Below are positions 1-10,844 of a stretch of 64,000 nucleotides of DNA, piece after piece. The position numbers and the translations under genes were made by a program. This DNA is from an uncultured Chloroflexia bacterium. Its GTDB lineage: Bacteria; Chloroflexota; Anaerolineae; Anaerolineales; Villigracilaceae. Numbering within the stretch: the first letter of the stretch is position 1; each line of letters starts with the position of its first letter. The notes below the pieces were generated by a model. The model saw only the letters and a program-made list of their open reading frames with translations. It ran no database searches and was not told the DNA's origin. The DNA is taken from NCBI GenBank assembly GCA_963750005.1, contig CAVVPC010000008.1:8083-72082 (forward strand). Reading direction: 5' to 3'.

Positions 1-265
1 ATTATGCTGAGGCCTTTGGAAAGACCGCCCTGCCCGAAGCCTATGAGCGTCTCCTGCTGGACACGATGATGGGCGACCCCTCCCTGTTCACCCGGGCCGA
101 TGAGGTGGAGACAGCCTGGGGGATCATCGATCCGATCATCAAGGCCTGGGATGCACAGAAGCAGCCGCTCGCCTTCTACAAGCCCGGCACCTGGGGACCC
201 AAAGATGCAGATGATCTTCTGGCCGGATGGGCGCTGCTGGTCCATGTGGGACGGAAGAATAGAAT
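1..265 (+). CDS. zwf: Glucose-6-phosphate 1-dehydrogenase, C-terminal part (truncated by window edge; 3' end approximate, probable frameshift)
   Basis: Translates ...ALPEAYERLLLDTMMGDPSLFTRADEVETAWGIIDPI...YKPGTWGPKDAD, the characteristic G6PD C-terminus. Confidence 0.9.
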
Positions 266-271
266 GAAAGA

Positions 272-298
272 TCAGCCCGGTCAATTGACCGGGCTGGT
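272..298. terminator. GC-rich hairpin after zwf (possible terminator)
   Basis: cagcccggtcaa / ttgaccgggctg perfect inverted repeat right after the gene. Confidence 0.5.
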
Positions 299-300
299 CA

Positions 301-558
301 TTTAAACTTTTTCTACCACAATCCAGGTGATGGATTCTTCATGAAGATCCTTGTGTTTGCAGGAGGGAACAGCAATGCGATCTGCCTGGTGATGCGAAAT
401 GCCTTCTCATCAATAGGAGATTCTCAGCGATTACGATTAAACTGTACAGAAGATATGCAACTATCCGGTTCCTCGATCACTCGCAGTCCACCCGGTTTGA
501 GCACCCGCAGCATTTCACAGGCTGTGGCAGCCTGGTCCACGACAGGGTGAAGGGGCAT
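301..558 (-). pseudogene. Remnant of a class I SAM-dependent methyltransferase C-terminus
   Basis: Minus strand reads LHPVVDQAATACEMLRVLKPGGLRVIEEPD (RVLKPGG motif) with stops downstream and no N-terminal half. Confidence 0.45.
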
Positions 559-1127
559 TACTGCCCAACCGTAATCAGATCCTTGAGACGCTCGTAGGAG
601 GCGGGACCAATCCCGGATACATTAATGAGATCCTCGGTGCTGACAAAAGGCCCATTCGTGGTGCGATAATCGATGATCTTTTGGGCGGTGGTAGGGCCTA
701 TTCCCGGGAGTGAATCCAGCTCGGCCGCCGAGGCCGTATTGATGTTGATCAATTCAGTTGTGGTGGCGACAACCTCTGGTAGCGGTGTGGCAATGACGGG
801 AGATCCCCCTTCGATATACGGAATATCGAGTTTTTCACCGTCATCGAGAGACTGGGCCAGGTTGATGTTTGCCTTGTCTGCTTCGGCCAGAAAACCACCT
901 GCGGCCGAGATGCCATCCTGTATGCGCGCACCCTGGGGAAGGGCGTATACGCCCGGGCGGGGGACTGCGCCTGTGATGTGGACAACGATCGGTTTTTCAG
1001 TTGGGACGGGACGCAGCGTCACCGCTTCTCCGCTGGGCGTGCGGGCAACCACCCAGACCAGGGCGGCAAGGAACAGCCCCAATAGTATGCCGGCAACCAT
1101 ATAGAGGATCGATTTTAAGCTTTGCAT
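558..1127 (-). CDS. comEA: ComEA family DNA-binding competence protein (TM + SLBB + HhH)
   Basis: VHITGAVPRPGVYAL SLBB motif and ININTASAAELDSLPGIGPTTAQKII HhH motif. Confidence 0.93.
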   Translation of the reverse strand: MQSLKSILYMVAGILLGLFLAALVWVVARTPSGEAVTLRPVPTEKPIVVHITGAVPRPGVYALPQGARIQDGISAAGGFLAEADKANINLAQSLDDGEKLDIPYIEGGSPVIATPLPEVVATTTELININTASAAELDSLPGIGPTTAQKIIDYRTTNGPFVSTEDLINVSGIGPASYERLKDLITVGQ

Positions 1128-1137
1128 TGGCTGTATT

Positions 1138-1587
1138 TTACTGCAACTTCATCACAGACAGGCCATCTGCTTCGTCCAGCCTGGCGACTGTTTTGAAAAC
1201 ACCTGCCAGTTTGCTGATCCGCTGGTAGTAGCGCGGCATCTCGTCGTAGGAGATCGCCTGGAATCCCCACTTTTGGTAAAAAGGCTCCAGGCGTGAGCGG
1301 CAGGTGAGATACAACGGACGAGGACTGTCCTTCAATAGTTGCTCTATGATTGCACGTGCAAGACCTTCGCCTCGATGCTCAGGCACAACGGCAATCGAGG
1401 CCAGCTCCAGGATGTCTCCTTTATGTGGCTTGACCTGGCCGGCAGCGATCACCTGGTCCTGTTCATCCACAGCGACGACGAAACGCCTCCAGTCCAGATC
1501 CATGGGATTGATCCCGACATTTCGGATGAGAAGTTTGATGGCGGCGGCATCGGTCTCACGTGCGGGACGAAGGGTATAACTGGTCAT
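1138..1587 (-). CDS. GNAT family N-acetyltransferase
   Basis: ELASIAVVPEHRGEGLARAII acetyl-CoA motif A; FYQKWGF. Confidence 0.88.
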   Translation of the reverse strand: MTSYTLRPARETDAAAIKLLIRNVGINPMDLDWRRFVVAVDEQDQVIAAGQVKPHKGDILELASIAVVPEHRGEGLARAIIEQLLKDSPRPLYLTCRSRLEPFYQKWGFQAISYDEMPRYYQRISKLAGVFKTVARLDEADGLSVMKLQ

Positions 1588-1608
1588 CTACTCTCTGCTC
1601 CCTACTCA

Positions 1609-2223
1609 CTATATCAACCCTGCTGCGACGATGATTATAAAAGTTGCCATAAACCAGTGGATCAAAAAGGGCCAGACGAAAGATTTCGTACGGAAGGCGA
1701 TCCAGCCAAAGGCAAAACCACCAAAGATCGTAGTAAGCGTTTCCACTTCGGGCTTGCCGATATGGGCCAAAGCAAATGGAACAGCCTGCAGCCACAACGC
1801 CTCCGGTCCGAACTTGCGCGCATAGCCAAACAGGATCCAGCCCCGAAAGAAAAACTCCCAGCCGATCAGGTCCAAAAAGGTTGTCCATGGCAGGCCGGCG
1901 GCATAAGGCTTGTAATAGTCCTGCATGGATGTGCTGCCATGACCAAGGAAATAGATGATGGGAGCCATGATCAGAATGCCGATGGCGGTGATCAACAGGC
2001 CCACCTTCCAGTCACCAAAGGTGAAGCCGTATTCCTTTGGGTTTTCACGAAAGATCAGGATAATAATGAGTAGGGGGATAATCAGGTAAAGAATAATGCG
2101 GTCCCAGTACTTGTGGGCAGTCAGCTTGTGATAGTAATCCACCATCAGCAGCAGGGTTGAGACGATGGTAATGGTCACAACCTTCCAGTCAAAGTGGAGT
2201 TTTTCGCCGAGGAGATATTTCAT
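1609..2223 (-). CDS. CPBP (CAAX/Abi) intramembrane metalloprotease
   Basis: WEFFFRG, FALAH and HW motifs; several TM segments. Confidence 0.85.
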   Translation of the reverse strand: MKYLLGEKLHFDWKVVTITIVSTLLLMVDYYHKLTAHKYWDRIILYLIIPLLIIILIFRENPKEYGFTFGDWKVGLLITAIGILIMAPIIYFLGHGSTSMQDYYKPYAAGLPWTTFLDLIGWEFFFRGWILFGYARKFGPEALWLQAVPFALAHIGKPEVETLTTIFGGFAFGWIAFRTKSFVWPFLIHWFMATFIIIVAAGLI

Positions 2224-2237
2224 GGGAGAATCGATTG

Positions 2238-3697
2238 TCAGTAGGGGAAGTAGGTTTGGTTTCCGTTCGGCCCCAGCAGTTGGGATATTTTATCCGCATC
2301 GCGGGCGAGCTCAAAGCCCCAGTTTACGATCAACAGAAATGCGCACAGGATCGCGATCGTTACAATGACTTTTCCCGCCCGGGATTCCTGCCAGCGCAGC
2401 CTGAATGGGGCAAGCCCGTTGACCCAGACTTGTGCGGCAAGGATGGCCAGGTATGGCAGGATGGCCAGATGGAACCGGTCTTCAGAGAGGATCAACACAT
2501 GGGGGAGAAGATAACCAGTCAACAGGAACACGAGCAAGATATGTTCCGGTTTGTTGTGGAGGAAGACCAGTCCCAGCGCGGCGGAAAGGGAAACAAAGAC
2601 AAAAGGTAGGAGCAAAACCGCGGAGATGGCCAACAGGGAAGGGCGTGGGACATGGCCAAGCAGGTTGTTCGAGTAGAAATACATCAGCACCCTTTTTTCC
2701 AGTCCGAAGAAGAACCCGAGCCTGTTAATGGCCAGCGGGAGAAACCTTTCCGGCTGGGCCTCGATAAAGCCGATCGCTTTTTCAGTCCCGATCCTGGTCG
2801 CGCTGGGCATCGTCCAGGATGGTCAGCAGGTCGAGCGAGGGACCAAATACGAAGGATCCATTTCCCCTGGGGTGATAGCCGAGGTACAGGTTATAGCCCA
2901 TGGATGTTTCAATGCCGGTCAGCTTATGATGCAGCATTGAATTGCGGACGACCCAGGGCGTGATGACGAGAAAAAAGGAAAGTATGAAAATAAGAGCGCG
3001 TTTACGGTGGAGGAAAAACAGGAGGCCGAAGGCAGCAACGGCGAATGGCAGAATCACAGAGCGGGTGAGGGCGGTGAGACCGAGAAAGAGGCCGGAAAGC
3101 AGAAGGCGGGAGGCAGAAGGCTGTTGGATGGATTGGAGCAGAAAGAGGAAGGCGGCCAGGAGCAGGACGAAGAAGGGATTTTCCGTTCCCAGGCCGAGGG
3201 GATAGACGAGGAGCATGGGATAGCAGGCGATCACCCAGGCAGAGATGCGGGCGGACCCTCTCCCCCGGCCCCTCCCCTGAAAGGGAAGGGGGGAAAAGTC
3301 TTTTTGAAACCAAATACGTTAAAGGGGCGAGAGGTGCGCCTAGAAAGATTGCCTGGGCAAGGCGGGCGGCGAAGAAACGTGAAGAGCCTGATCCAACCAG
3401 GAAATAAACCAGCGCAAGAAACGAGGGATAGAACGGGGCGCGGAAGGAAGTGGGAACCCCATGGATGGGGTCATAGTCTACGGAGGAGAGATCGAATTTT
3501 ACGTAGGGGGCGAGCTGGTTCAGATCCTGCTGGGCGTACCAGCGGAAGCCGTTACCGGCGGCGAGGCTGCGCGCCAGCATGTCGTACTGGAACATGTCAT
3601 CCAGGCCGATCCCCAGGCCGCGCGCCAGCAGTACGGGGATCAATCGCAGCACCAGGGCAACGATGTAGATACGAAAAGCAAAGGATCTGCCGCTCAT
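2238..3697 (-). CDS. GT-C fold (PMT/ArnT-like, GT39) glycosyltransferase, split by two frameshifts
   Basis: Three overlapping ORFs (3002-3697, 2782-3234, 2238-2810) give DDMFQYDMLARSLAAGNGF, RAPFYP, TENPFF, LTALTR, PWVVRN, DRFHL. Confidence 0.8.
3256..3296. repeat. REP-like palindrome (CCCCTCCCC..GGGAAGGGG type) inside the glycosyltransferase CDS
   Basis: ccctctcccccggcccctcccctgaaagggaagggggg; translated as FPPSLSGEGPGERV; same family as 42956-43025. Confidence 0.55.
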
Positions 3698-3836
3698 CTC
3701 AGTCGGGAGTTAACTTTTCGCAGGGATGACAGGTTGAATATAGAAAATGAGGACAAAACAATTATAAACACGGATTGCGCTGATTGTACCTGCAATCCGT
3801 GTCCTGTTGTTTCGTGGCCGCATGGTGCGGCTCCGA

Positions 3837-4367
3837 TTATGCGCCTGTTTTTACTTTGGCTTTGAGCGCTTCGATACGCCTGGCCAGATACGGCGTGAAG
3901 TAGCCGTCATATTTCTCCCACAATTCGGGCCGTGACCAATCGCTGCCCTTGACCTGCCCGCGGCAATTCTCACTCCCGCAGTAGCAGTCAAATTCGTCGT
4001 ATACGGATCCATCGCACATGGCGTAATCAAAGGTAATTTCCTCGCCTGCGTGAATATCGCGCATGGCGACCAGTCCAATCTGACCCGTAAAACCGGAGTT
4101 CGGCGCGCAGGAGTGGTTAAAACAATCGCTGGGTTCCAACGGGTAAGGAGTTTCCAGATAATAGCCTTCCTCGACCTGAAGGATACGCTGGGTGAAGAAC
4201 TGCATGTTGTGGTCGAGCTCACTCGCTGCCACGATCCGCCCCCCCCACAGGCAGAGCAGCTCGCCTTTCTGGATCGGCTCGCGGGCGAAGACGCCGCAAC
4301 CGCCTTTTTCTTCGAACTCGCCCGAGCTACATTTCGGGTTTAGATGGGAATAAAACTGACCGGTCAT
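3837..4367 (-). CDS. SET domain-containing protein (lysine N-methyltransferase family) with post-SET cysteines
   Basis: GCGVFAREPI, FNHSCAPN, RDIHAGEEITFDY, CYCGSENCRG. Confidence 0.92.
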   Translation of the reverse strand: MTGQFYSHLNPKCSSGEFEEKGGCGVFAREPIQKGELLCLWGGRIVAASELDHNMQFFTQRILQVEEGYYLETPYPLEPSDCFNHSCAPNSGFTGQIGLVAMRDIHAGEEITFDYAMCDGSVYDEFDCYCGSENCRGQVKGSDWSRPELWEKYDGYFTPYLARRIEALKAKVKTGA

Positions 4368-4729
4368 TCTTTCCTTTCATATTGGTGAAGGCATTTTGCC
4401 CAAATGATTCTTCGGCATCGAGCACCGAAGCGACGATACAAAACAGACTTCGGAGGTCTTTATGGATCAGGCACGTTCGTTTCATGGAAAAAGACTCCCA
4501 AAGTCTTCTTTTGCGTTGCAAACAAAAACAGTCAAAGCACAACAGCTCTGAACCACTTGTGTTGACTGCGTTTGAGTTAAGCAGTCCCGCCGCCTCACCA
4601 AGTCCGAGTTGGAGGGCGGCGGAAGCCAGATTTTATTCGTGGCGTATATTAGAAAGCGGGCACAAGTATCTCTTCATTCAACTCGTGCGATTCTTGCGAT
4701 AGGAATCTCCTTTGAGAATATGAAAAACA

Positions 4730-4757
4730 ATTGTAAACGGTTACCCCATGATGTCAA
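4730..4757 (-). promoter_or_regulatory. Sigma70-like promoter for the SET gene with a LacI-type palindrome overlapping the spacer
   Basis: Minus strand TTGACA-N16-TACAAT; the spacer and -10 contain ggtaaccgtttaca. Confidence 0.6.
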
Positions 4758-4891
4758 TCTTTTTGGATGAGAATTTTAATAGATTTAATGACAGAGATGA
4801 AGAAAATTGCATGCAGCCTGAGAGTGCACTGCTGGCAGAACATTATACAGTTCCGGCGGCAGTTGTACTGCCGCCGGTTATTGTCATCGTT

Positions 4892-5726
4892 TTACTTACT
4901 CCCTCCTTCGGAATCTGAATTTCCGGCGACAATGCGCTGGGCGATGATGATCGGCAGAGCGGTAATCAGGACCACCAGCAGCGCAGTCACATTGGTGATG
5001 GGGCGGTTGCGCGGCTTGAGCATCTGCGAAAAGATCCAGATGGGCAGGGTCTGCTGGTTGCCGGCCGTAAAGGTGGTGACGATCACTTCGTCAAACGAGA
5101 GCGAGAAGGCCAGGATGGCGCCGGCCAGCAGGGCGGAGCTCATGTTGGGCAGCACAACGTGCCAGAAGGTTTGAAAGGAATTGGCGCCCAGGTCCATGGA
5201 GGCTTCGATCACCGAATTGCTCGAACGCCTGAAAGCGGGCGACCACGTTGTTATAGACCACCACCACGCAGAAAGTGGCATGCCCGATGATGATCGTCCA
5301 GAAGGAGAAGGGAATATGCAGCAGGCTGATTGCCGAGCGCATGGCGATGCCTGTGACGATGCCGGGCAGGGCCAGCGGCAGGATCAGGATGAACGAGATT
5401 GCTTCCCTGCCAAAAAAGTTGAAGCGATAGACTGCCGCGGCTGCCAGCGTTCCAAGAATTAATGCCACGATGGTTGCCAAAACGGCAACCCGCAGGGTCA
5501 GGAATAACGCCTGCTGCAAGGCAACGTTGGCGACGGCCTGTGGGAACCACTTCAACGTCAGCCCGGGAGGGGGGAAGGTGTAGGCAGCCTGGTCAGTGGT
5601 AAAGGCGTAGAGAAAGATCAGCAGCAGAGGGATGTGCAAAAAGAGCAGCCCTGCCACCGCGCCGAAGGTAACAAACCAGGGGGAGCGTTCGCCACCGGCT
5701 TCCGTAGTTGACTTTTTAGAGCGCAT
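4892..5726 (-). CDS. potC: Polyamine (Pot/Ydc-type) ABC transporter permease, PotC/YdcV-like, one frameshift
   Basis: ORFs 5091-5726 and 4892-5281 join; EASMDLGA (EAA loop) and [10 protein letters not shown]. Confidence 0.85.
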
Positions 5727-6631
5727 CGAAAGCTCCCAGTCTGCGGGCGATCAGCAGGTAGACGATCATGATCACGATGGGTCCCATGGTAAACGCGGCG
5801 GCCAGCGGAATATTCCCGGACGTGCCCTGATAGGTCAGGACGGCCTTGCCGATATAAAAGCTGGAGGTTCCAAAGAGCTGCGGGACAATGAAGTCGCCGA
5901 GGGTCAGTGAGAACGTAAAAATGGAACCGGCGACGACTCCCGGGAAGGAAAGCGGCAGGATCACATTGCGGAAGGTCTGGGATGGATTGGCGCCCAGGTC
6001 GGAGGACGCATCGAGCAGGGACTTTGGCACCCGCTCCAGCGCGGTCTGGATCGGGATGATCATGTAGGGCAGCCAGATATAAACAAAGACAAGAAAGATT
6101 CCGGTCGCTGAAACGGACAACGACGGCCCGCCGACGACATTATTGCTCAAGTACAATTTGAGCAGGCCATCCACGTGCAATATTTGCGCAAGCCACGAAA
6201 TGATGCCCTCCTGTGCCAGGATCAATTTCCAGGAATACACCCGGACCACGTAGCTGGTCCACAGCGGCAGGGTCACAGCCAGGTACAGCCAGGTCTTCCA
6301 GCGCGGGGAGGCGAACCGGGCGATATAGTAAGCGATGGGAAAGGCAATGATGACACATGCGATCGTCACCAGGATGGCCATGAACGTTGTGCGGAAGAAG
6401 ATCTGCAGGTTGGTGGGTAATAATAATTTTTCATAGGTCCGCAAAGTGAACTCGCGGACGACCTGCCCGGTGAATCCATCCAGATAGAAGAAGCTGTTGA
6501 TCAGCAGGGTGATCAGCGAGCCGATGTAGACCGCCAAAAACCAGACCAACGGCGGCACCAGGAACAGCGCCAGACACCAGCTTGGGACGCAAATAAAAGT
6601 AGGTGGAGATACGGTTCAGCATGCTAATCAC
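5716..6631 (-). CDS. potB: Polyamine ABC transporter permease, PotB/YdcU-like, frameshift near the N-terminus
   Basis: LPLWTSYVVRVYSW, DASSDLGA, FSLTLGDFIVP. Confidence 0.87.
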
Positions 6632-7652
6632 TCACGTAGCTGACGTGCTCTTTCTTCCAGAGCAGGCGCACTCTGCGGTCCTTGGCCTGGGTGACATCCA
6701 TGGAGGTTGTCTTCAGGTTTTGCTCGACCACCACCAGGTCACTGCCATCGTCCAGCTCCACCAGGTAACGGGTGAAGAGACCCACGTAGACGATATCGCG
6801 CACCCTGCCATCGGCGCAAAACATGTCGTCTTCGATCTTGTCATCGACATTGGCAAGATGGATCTTTTCAGGACGCACCGAGAAGCGCCTGGGTGAACCG
6901 GTGATCCGCTGGGCGACTTCTCCCGAAACGAGATTGGATGTCCCGACGAAACCGGCGACGAACGGCGTGGACGGGTGCTCGTAGACATCGGCCGGATTGC
7001 CCACCTGCTCGATCTTGCCCTCACTGAAGACTGCGATCCGGTCGCTCATGGTCAGGGCCTCCTCCTGGTCGTGGGTGACGAAGATAAAGGTGATGCCTAC
7101 TTCACGCTGGATGTTCTTGAGCTCCACCTGCATTTGCTGGCGCAGCTTCAGATCCAATGCGCCGAGAGGCTCATCGAGCAGCAAAACCTTGGGGTGATTG
7201 ATCAAGGCCCGGGCCAGGGCGACGCGCTGGCGCTGTCCGCCGGAGAGCTGGGAGGGCTTCCGGTATCCAAACCCTGGCAGGCGGACGAGATCGAGGATCT
7301 CATCCACACGCTTTGCCCGTTCAGCCTTGGGAACACCCTTGATCATCAATCCATAGCCGATGTTCTCATCCACCGTCATGTGCGGGAAGAGCGCGTAATC
7401 CTGAAAGACCGTATTGACCGGGCGCTCATAGGGAGGCAGGTTGGAAACATCCTGCCCATACAGCAGGATCTGGCCGGAGGTAGGCCGGTCGAAACCGGCG
7501 ATCATCCGCAGGCAGGTCGTTTTGCCGGACCCCGAAGGTCCGAGCATCGAAAAGAATTCCCCATCCCTGATCTCAAGCTCAATATTATCCACCGCCTTGA
7601 CTTCCCCAAAATAGCGGCTCACATTCTTAAACAGGATCGCTGATTTGCTCAT
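6624..7652 (-). CDS. potA: Polyamine ABC transporter ATP-binding protein (PotA/YdcT-like)
   Basis: GPSGSGKT, LSGGQRQRVALARAL, LLLDEPLGALDLKLR; C-terminal TOBE-like region. Confidence 0.92.
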   Translation of the reverse strand: MSKSAILFKNVSRYFGEVKAVDNIELEIRDGEFFSMLGPSGSGKTTCLRMIAGFDRPTSGQILLYGQDVSNLPPYERPVNTVFQDYALFPHMTVDENIGYGLMIKGVPKAERAKRVDEILDLVRLPGFGYRKPSQLSGGQRQRVALARALINHPKVLLLDEPLGALDLKLRQQMQVELKNIQREVGITFIFVTHDQEEALTMSDRIAVFSEGKIEQVGNPADVYEHPSTPFVAGFVGTSNLVSGEVAQRITGSPRRFSVRPEKIHLANVDDKIEDDMFCADGRVRDIVYVGLFTRYLVELDDGSDLVVVEQNLKTTSMDVTQAKDRRVRLLWKKEHVSYVSD

Positions 7653-7671
7653 ACCGCGCCCTCGCCCATGG

Positions 7672-7703
7672 AATAGGGACACGGCTCAGGCCGTGTCCCT
7701 ATT
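7672..7703. terminator. Intercistronic hairpin between the SBP and ATPase genes
   Basis: aatagggacacggc-tcag-gccgtgtccctatt perfect 14-bp stem. Confidence 0.55.
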
Positions 7704-7718
7704 ATCATACTTGGAACT

Positions 7719-9000
7719 CTATTGTCCTACAATAGCCGTAAACTCTTCGGTCCAGCGATCGTAGGTGACGCAGTCGGAGCTGCCGTTGCCGCAGTCGGCG
7801 ACCGGGGTCTTCCAGAAGTAAAGCTTGTCAAAGGTACTATAGTTGGTGGCATCGCAGCCGCCGTAGGCATCATACGTCTCGCTGACACCCTTGTCACAGG
7901 CTGCTGGCACCGACGGGTTGGAGCCGAACCAGGAGGCCACATCCGCCTGGACCTTGGGCTGGATGGAATGCTCCATCCAGAGATAGGCACACTCGGGATG
8001 AGGGGCATTGGCAGCCATCATGGTAGTGTCAGCCCAGCCGGTGGCGCCTTCACTTGGAATCACACTGTCAATTGGCTGGTTATCAGACTTGAGCAGGTTG
8101 ACCTGGAGCGGCCAGGAGGAGGAAGCCACAAAGCCTTCACTGGTGAAGTCTTCCACCTGGATCAGGTAATCGCCCCAGTACTTGGGAACGATCTGGCGCT
8201 GCTGCTTGAGCAGGTCGACAGCCGCAGCGAACTGTTCTTCGTTCAGCTCATACGGATCCTGTGATGCCCAGCTCAGGTTTGGTTGCCTTGAGGTACAAAG
8301 CGGCATCTGCAATGTAAATCGGGCCGGAGTAGGCCTGGACACGATCCTTGTTGGACTTGCCATCCGGCAGATTCTGTTCTTCAAAGACAACCTTCCAGGA
8401 AGTCGGGGCTGTGCCGCCAAACGCCTCGGTGTTGTACATGAGGACGTTAGGTCCCCATTGGTATGGCACGCCATAGTGTACGTCTTTCACTGTATTCCAG
8501 GGGGCATTCTGGAGGCGTTCATCCACTGTGTTATAGGAAGGGATTTTGGTGATGTCGATGGGCTGGACGATCTTGCCGTAGACCATGCGCAGGCTGGAAT
8601 CGCCGGAGGCAGTGACCAGATCATACCCACCGGAGGACATCAAGGACACCATTTCATCGGATGTGGCCGCATCCTTTACATTGACCTTGCAGCCGGTTTC
8701 TTTTTCGAAGGCAGTCACCCAGTCGTAGGCGGGATCGTTGGCGCCCCGCTCGATATATCCGGGCCACGCTACGATGTCTACTTCCCCTTCATTGGCGCCG
8801 CTGGCTGCTGGAGCTTCTGTAGCGGAAGATGCTTCGGTAGCAGGAGCTTCCGTGGCAGCATTGGCTTCGGTTGCCGCAGGGGCGCTGGTCGCTGGCATTT
8901 CGGTAGCTGCAGGGGCCTGGGTAGCCTGGGGAGCGCATGCCGAAAGTACGATCCCCACCATCGCAAGCGCAGAAATTAAAACAAACCACTTCGATTTCAT
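7719..9000 (-). CDS. Polyamine ABC transporter substrate-binding lipoprotein (YdcS/PotD-like), one frameshift
   Basis: Lipobox LSAC, ATEAPA low-complexity linker, VAWPGYIERG, YDLVTASGD, EGATGWADT. Confidence 0.88.
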
Positions 9001-9097
9001 TTCTCTCTCCTTGGGAAATTTACGGTTGGTCGGAAAAAAAGATTGTTGGGAAACTTTAAATCGCTTTGAGTAAGGCCACCTCCTTCACTTTGATGAA

Positions 9098-9127
9098 CAG
9101 TATACCGATAAGTTCAATTGTATACGG
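9098..9127. promoter_or_regulatory. Paired GTATAC palindromes upstream of the ABC operon (possible GntR-type operator)
   Basis: cagtatac...ttgtatacgg, just downstream of a minus-strand TATAAT (~9140-9145). Confidence 0.4.
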
Positions 9128-9354
9128 TAAATCCGGGCATATTATACGGAATTTTAGTAGCGGAATGCAATCCCTAAATTTCCGATACGGATAAAAAGAG
9201 GCCCTCTCCTCTGCCGATCTGGACAAAAAAGAATGCCTTCCATTCCTTTTGAGCAATTGCCTTCTGGAAGGAATGCCTAGGTCCAGGAACGGGAAGGACT
9301 GCGAAGAAGAAACGGGCCATTGCATGACAAGGGATCGCCGCTCGCGAAAATCGG

Positions 9355-9770
9355 CGGGCTAAAGCCCTGCCTGAGTACTTGAAAGTCCTTCGGACTAAGA
9401 AACCAAGCCCTGAAAGGGCTTCCATGAACTGAGTAAGGGCTTCAGCCCGAAACGGATCCAAATGCGGTTGCCGACCCACACTATGCTCGGCGAGGGTCTC
9501 CGACCCCGCCGAGAGTTCTGACCGAAGGTCTAAGAACACCCGCCCCCGATTTGAAAGGTGACAATCACCCCCACCCCCGCCGCCCCCGAAACAGGGGCGG
9601 AGCTTTTGTTCTCTGGATCGCTGACAGCTTTACGGACCATGCTGGCCAAAGGAAACGTATTTCCCCTCCCCCTCGGCTGAGCGGAGCCGACGTAAGTTGG
9701 AGGCGTAGACGAAGCGGGTGGGAGCGGGTGGGGTAAAAAAAGCCCGCCGAGCGCGCTCGACGGGCGGTTC
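9355..9770. repeat. Cluster of different REP-like palindromes at the left edge of the accessory region
   Basis: gggctaaagccc..agccctgaaagggct..gggcttcagccc; gctcggcgagggtctccgaccccgccgag..gaccgaaggtct (9485-9531); cgcccccgaaacaggggcg; cccgccgagcgcgctcgacggg. Confidence 0.65.
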
Positions 9771-9796
9771 CCAAAATAAAAGGCTGCACTCCACCG

Positions 9797-10326
9797 GCTA
9801 CTCTTCCAACTCGATCGTGGACCTGGTTGCCCGGGAGGTCCCAGGCGGAGGCCGAGACCTTGCCTTCGAGCCTGCGGGACGTATTCCCACCAGTCCTTCT
9901 GCTGTCTGGCTGGCGTCGCCCACTTCCAGAAGCTTGCCCTGCTCATCGTGGACGGTCACTTTCACGCCCGCCACCATGATCTCGTCCCAGGCATTGACCA
10001 GGATGCGCCCATCCTTGCGCAGGACCTGGTGGATGACCGGCGGGTGGGCAGCATCCTAGATCGCCATGTTGTAGGCGGTGATCATGGGCCGCTCGGCTGC
10101 CAGCTGGGCGTAGATCGGGTATTCATGCTGGGCCCACTTGGCCCACTGGGTCCGGTCCTTGAAGGTCCCGTTGCGGTACGCCTTCTGGCGCAGGCGTGCC
10201 CTTCTTCTTCTTGCGGGTCGGGGCCCGGCTGACGACGGTGCTGCCATCCGGCATGAGGCGGAAGACCAGACCGCCGACCTTGCCGCGCAGACCTTTCAGT
10301 AGTTCGTTCTTTTTGAGTTTCGCCAT
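9797..10326 (-). pseudogene. Hypothetical protein (MAKLKKNELLKGLRGKVGGLVFR...), disrupted by frameshifts and an in-frame TAG
   Basis: Protein-like sequence continues across ORFs 10123-10326 and 10056-10247, then past the TAG as DAAHPPVIHQVLRKDGRILVNAWDEIMVAGVKVTV; RBS aaagga. Confidence 0.55.
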
Positions 10327-10844
10327 GGCATAGTGTTCCTTTCAAGTGAGCGATGGAGGCAGATGGGAGCAGACAGGGAGGGACAGAAGAGAACAGTCAC
10401 TGAGTATAAGGTGGTGATAAGCTGGTACTAGGCCGGTGATAAGCTTTTGGGTGTTTATGGGAGCTATCAACAGGGCCGTAACGATTTCCCCCGTCAGGAT
10501 GCCTTTGTAACGTGCAACCCCAGTGGGTTCAATGGGGGCAGTATAATCCCGCTTTTTGCCGGTTGACTTTACAAATTGCTTTCACCTGGGGGGAAAAGTT
10601 TCGTGTAGGGAAGTGGATGGATCAAGAGATGACAATCCTTCGGGCTTGCTGGGGCGCTTGCAATCGAAGGGATTCTCACATCAGGAGACTGACTGCAGGA
10701 AGAACCCGTACCCAGCCTACCCCGGAGCGGGGGAGAAGCTTGTGCTCATGGAAGAGTGCCACTCCATGCCAGCCAGGAATATGGCACAATTAGATTAGGC
10801 GTATAATAAAACTGGCGACACAGATTATTAGAGCGGAGTTAACG

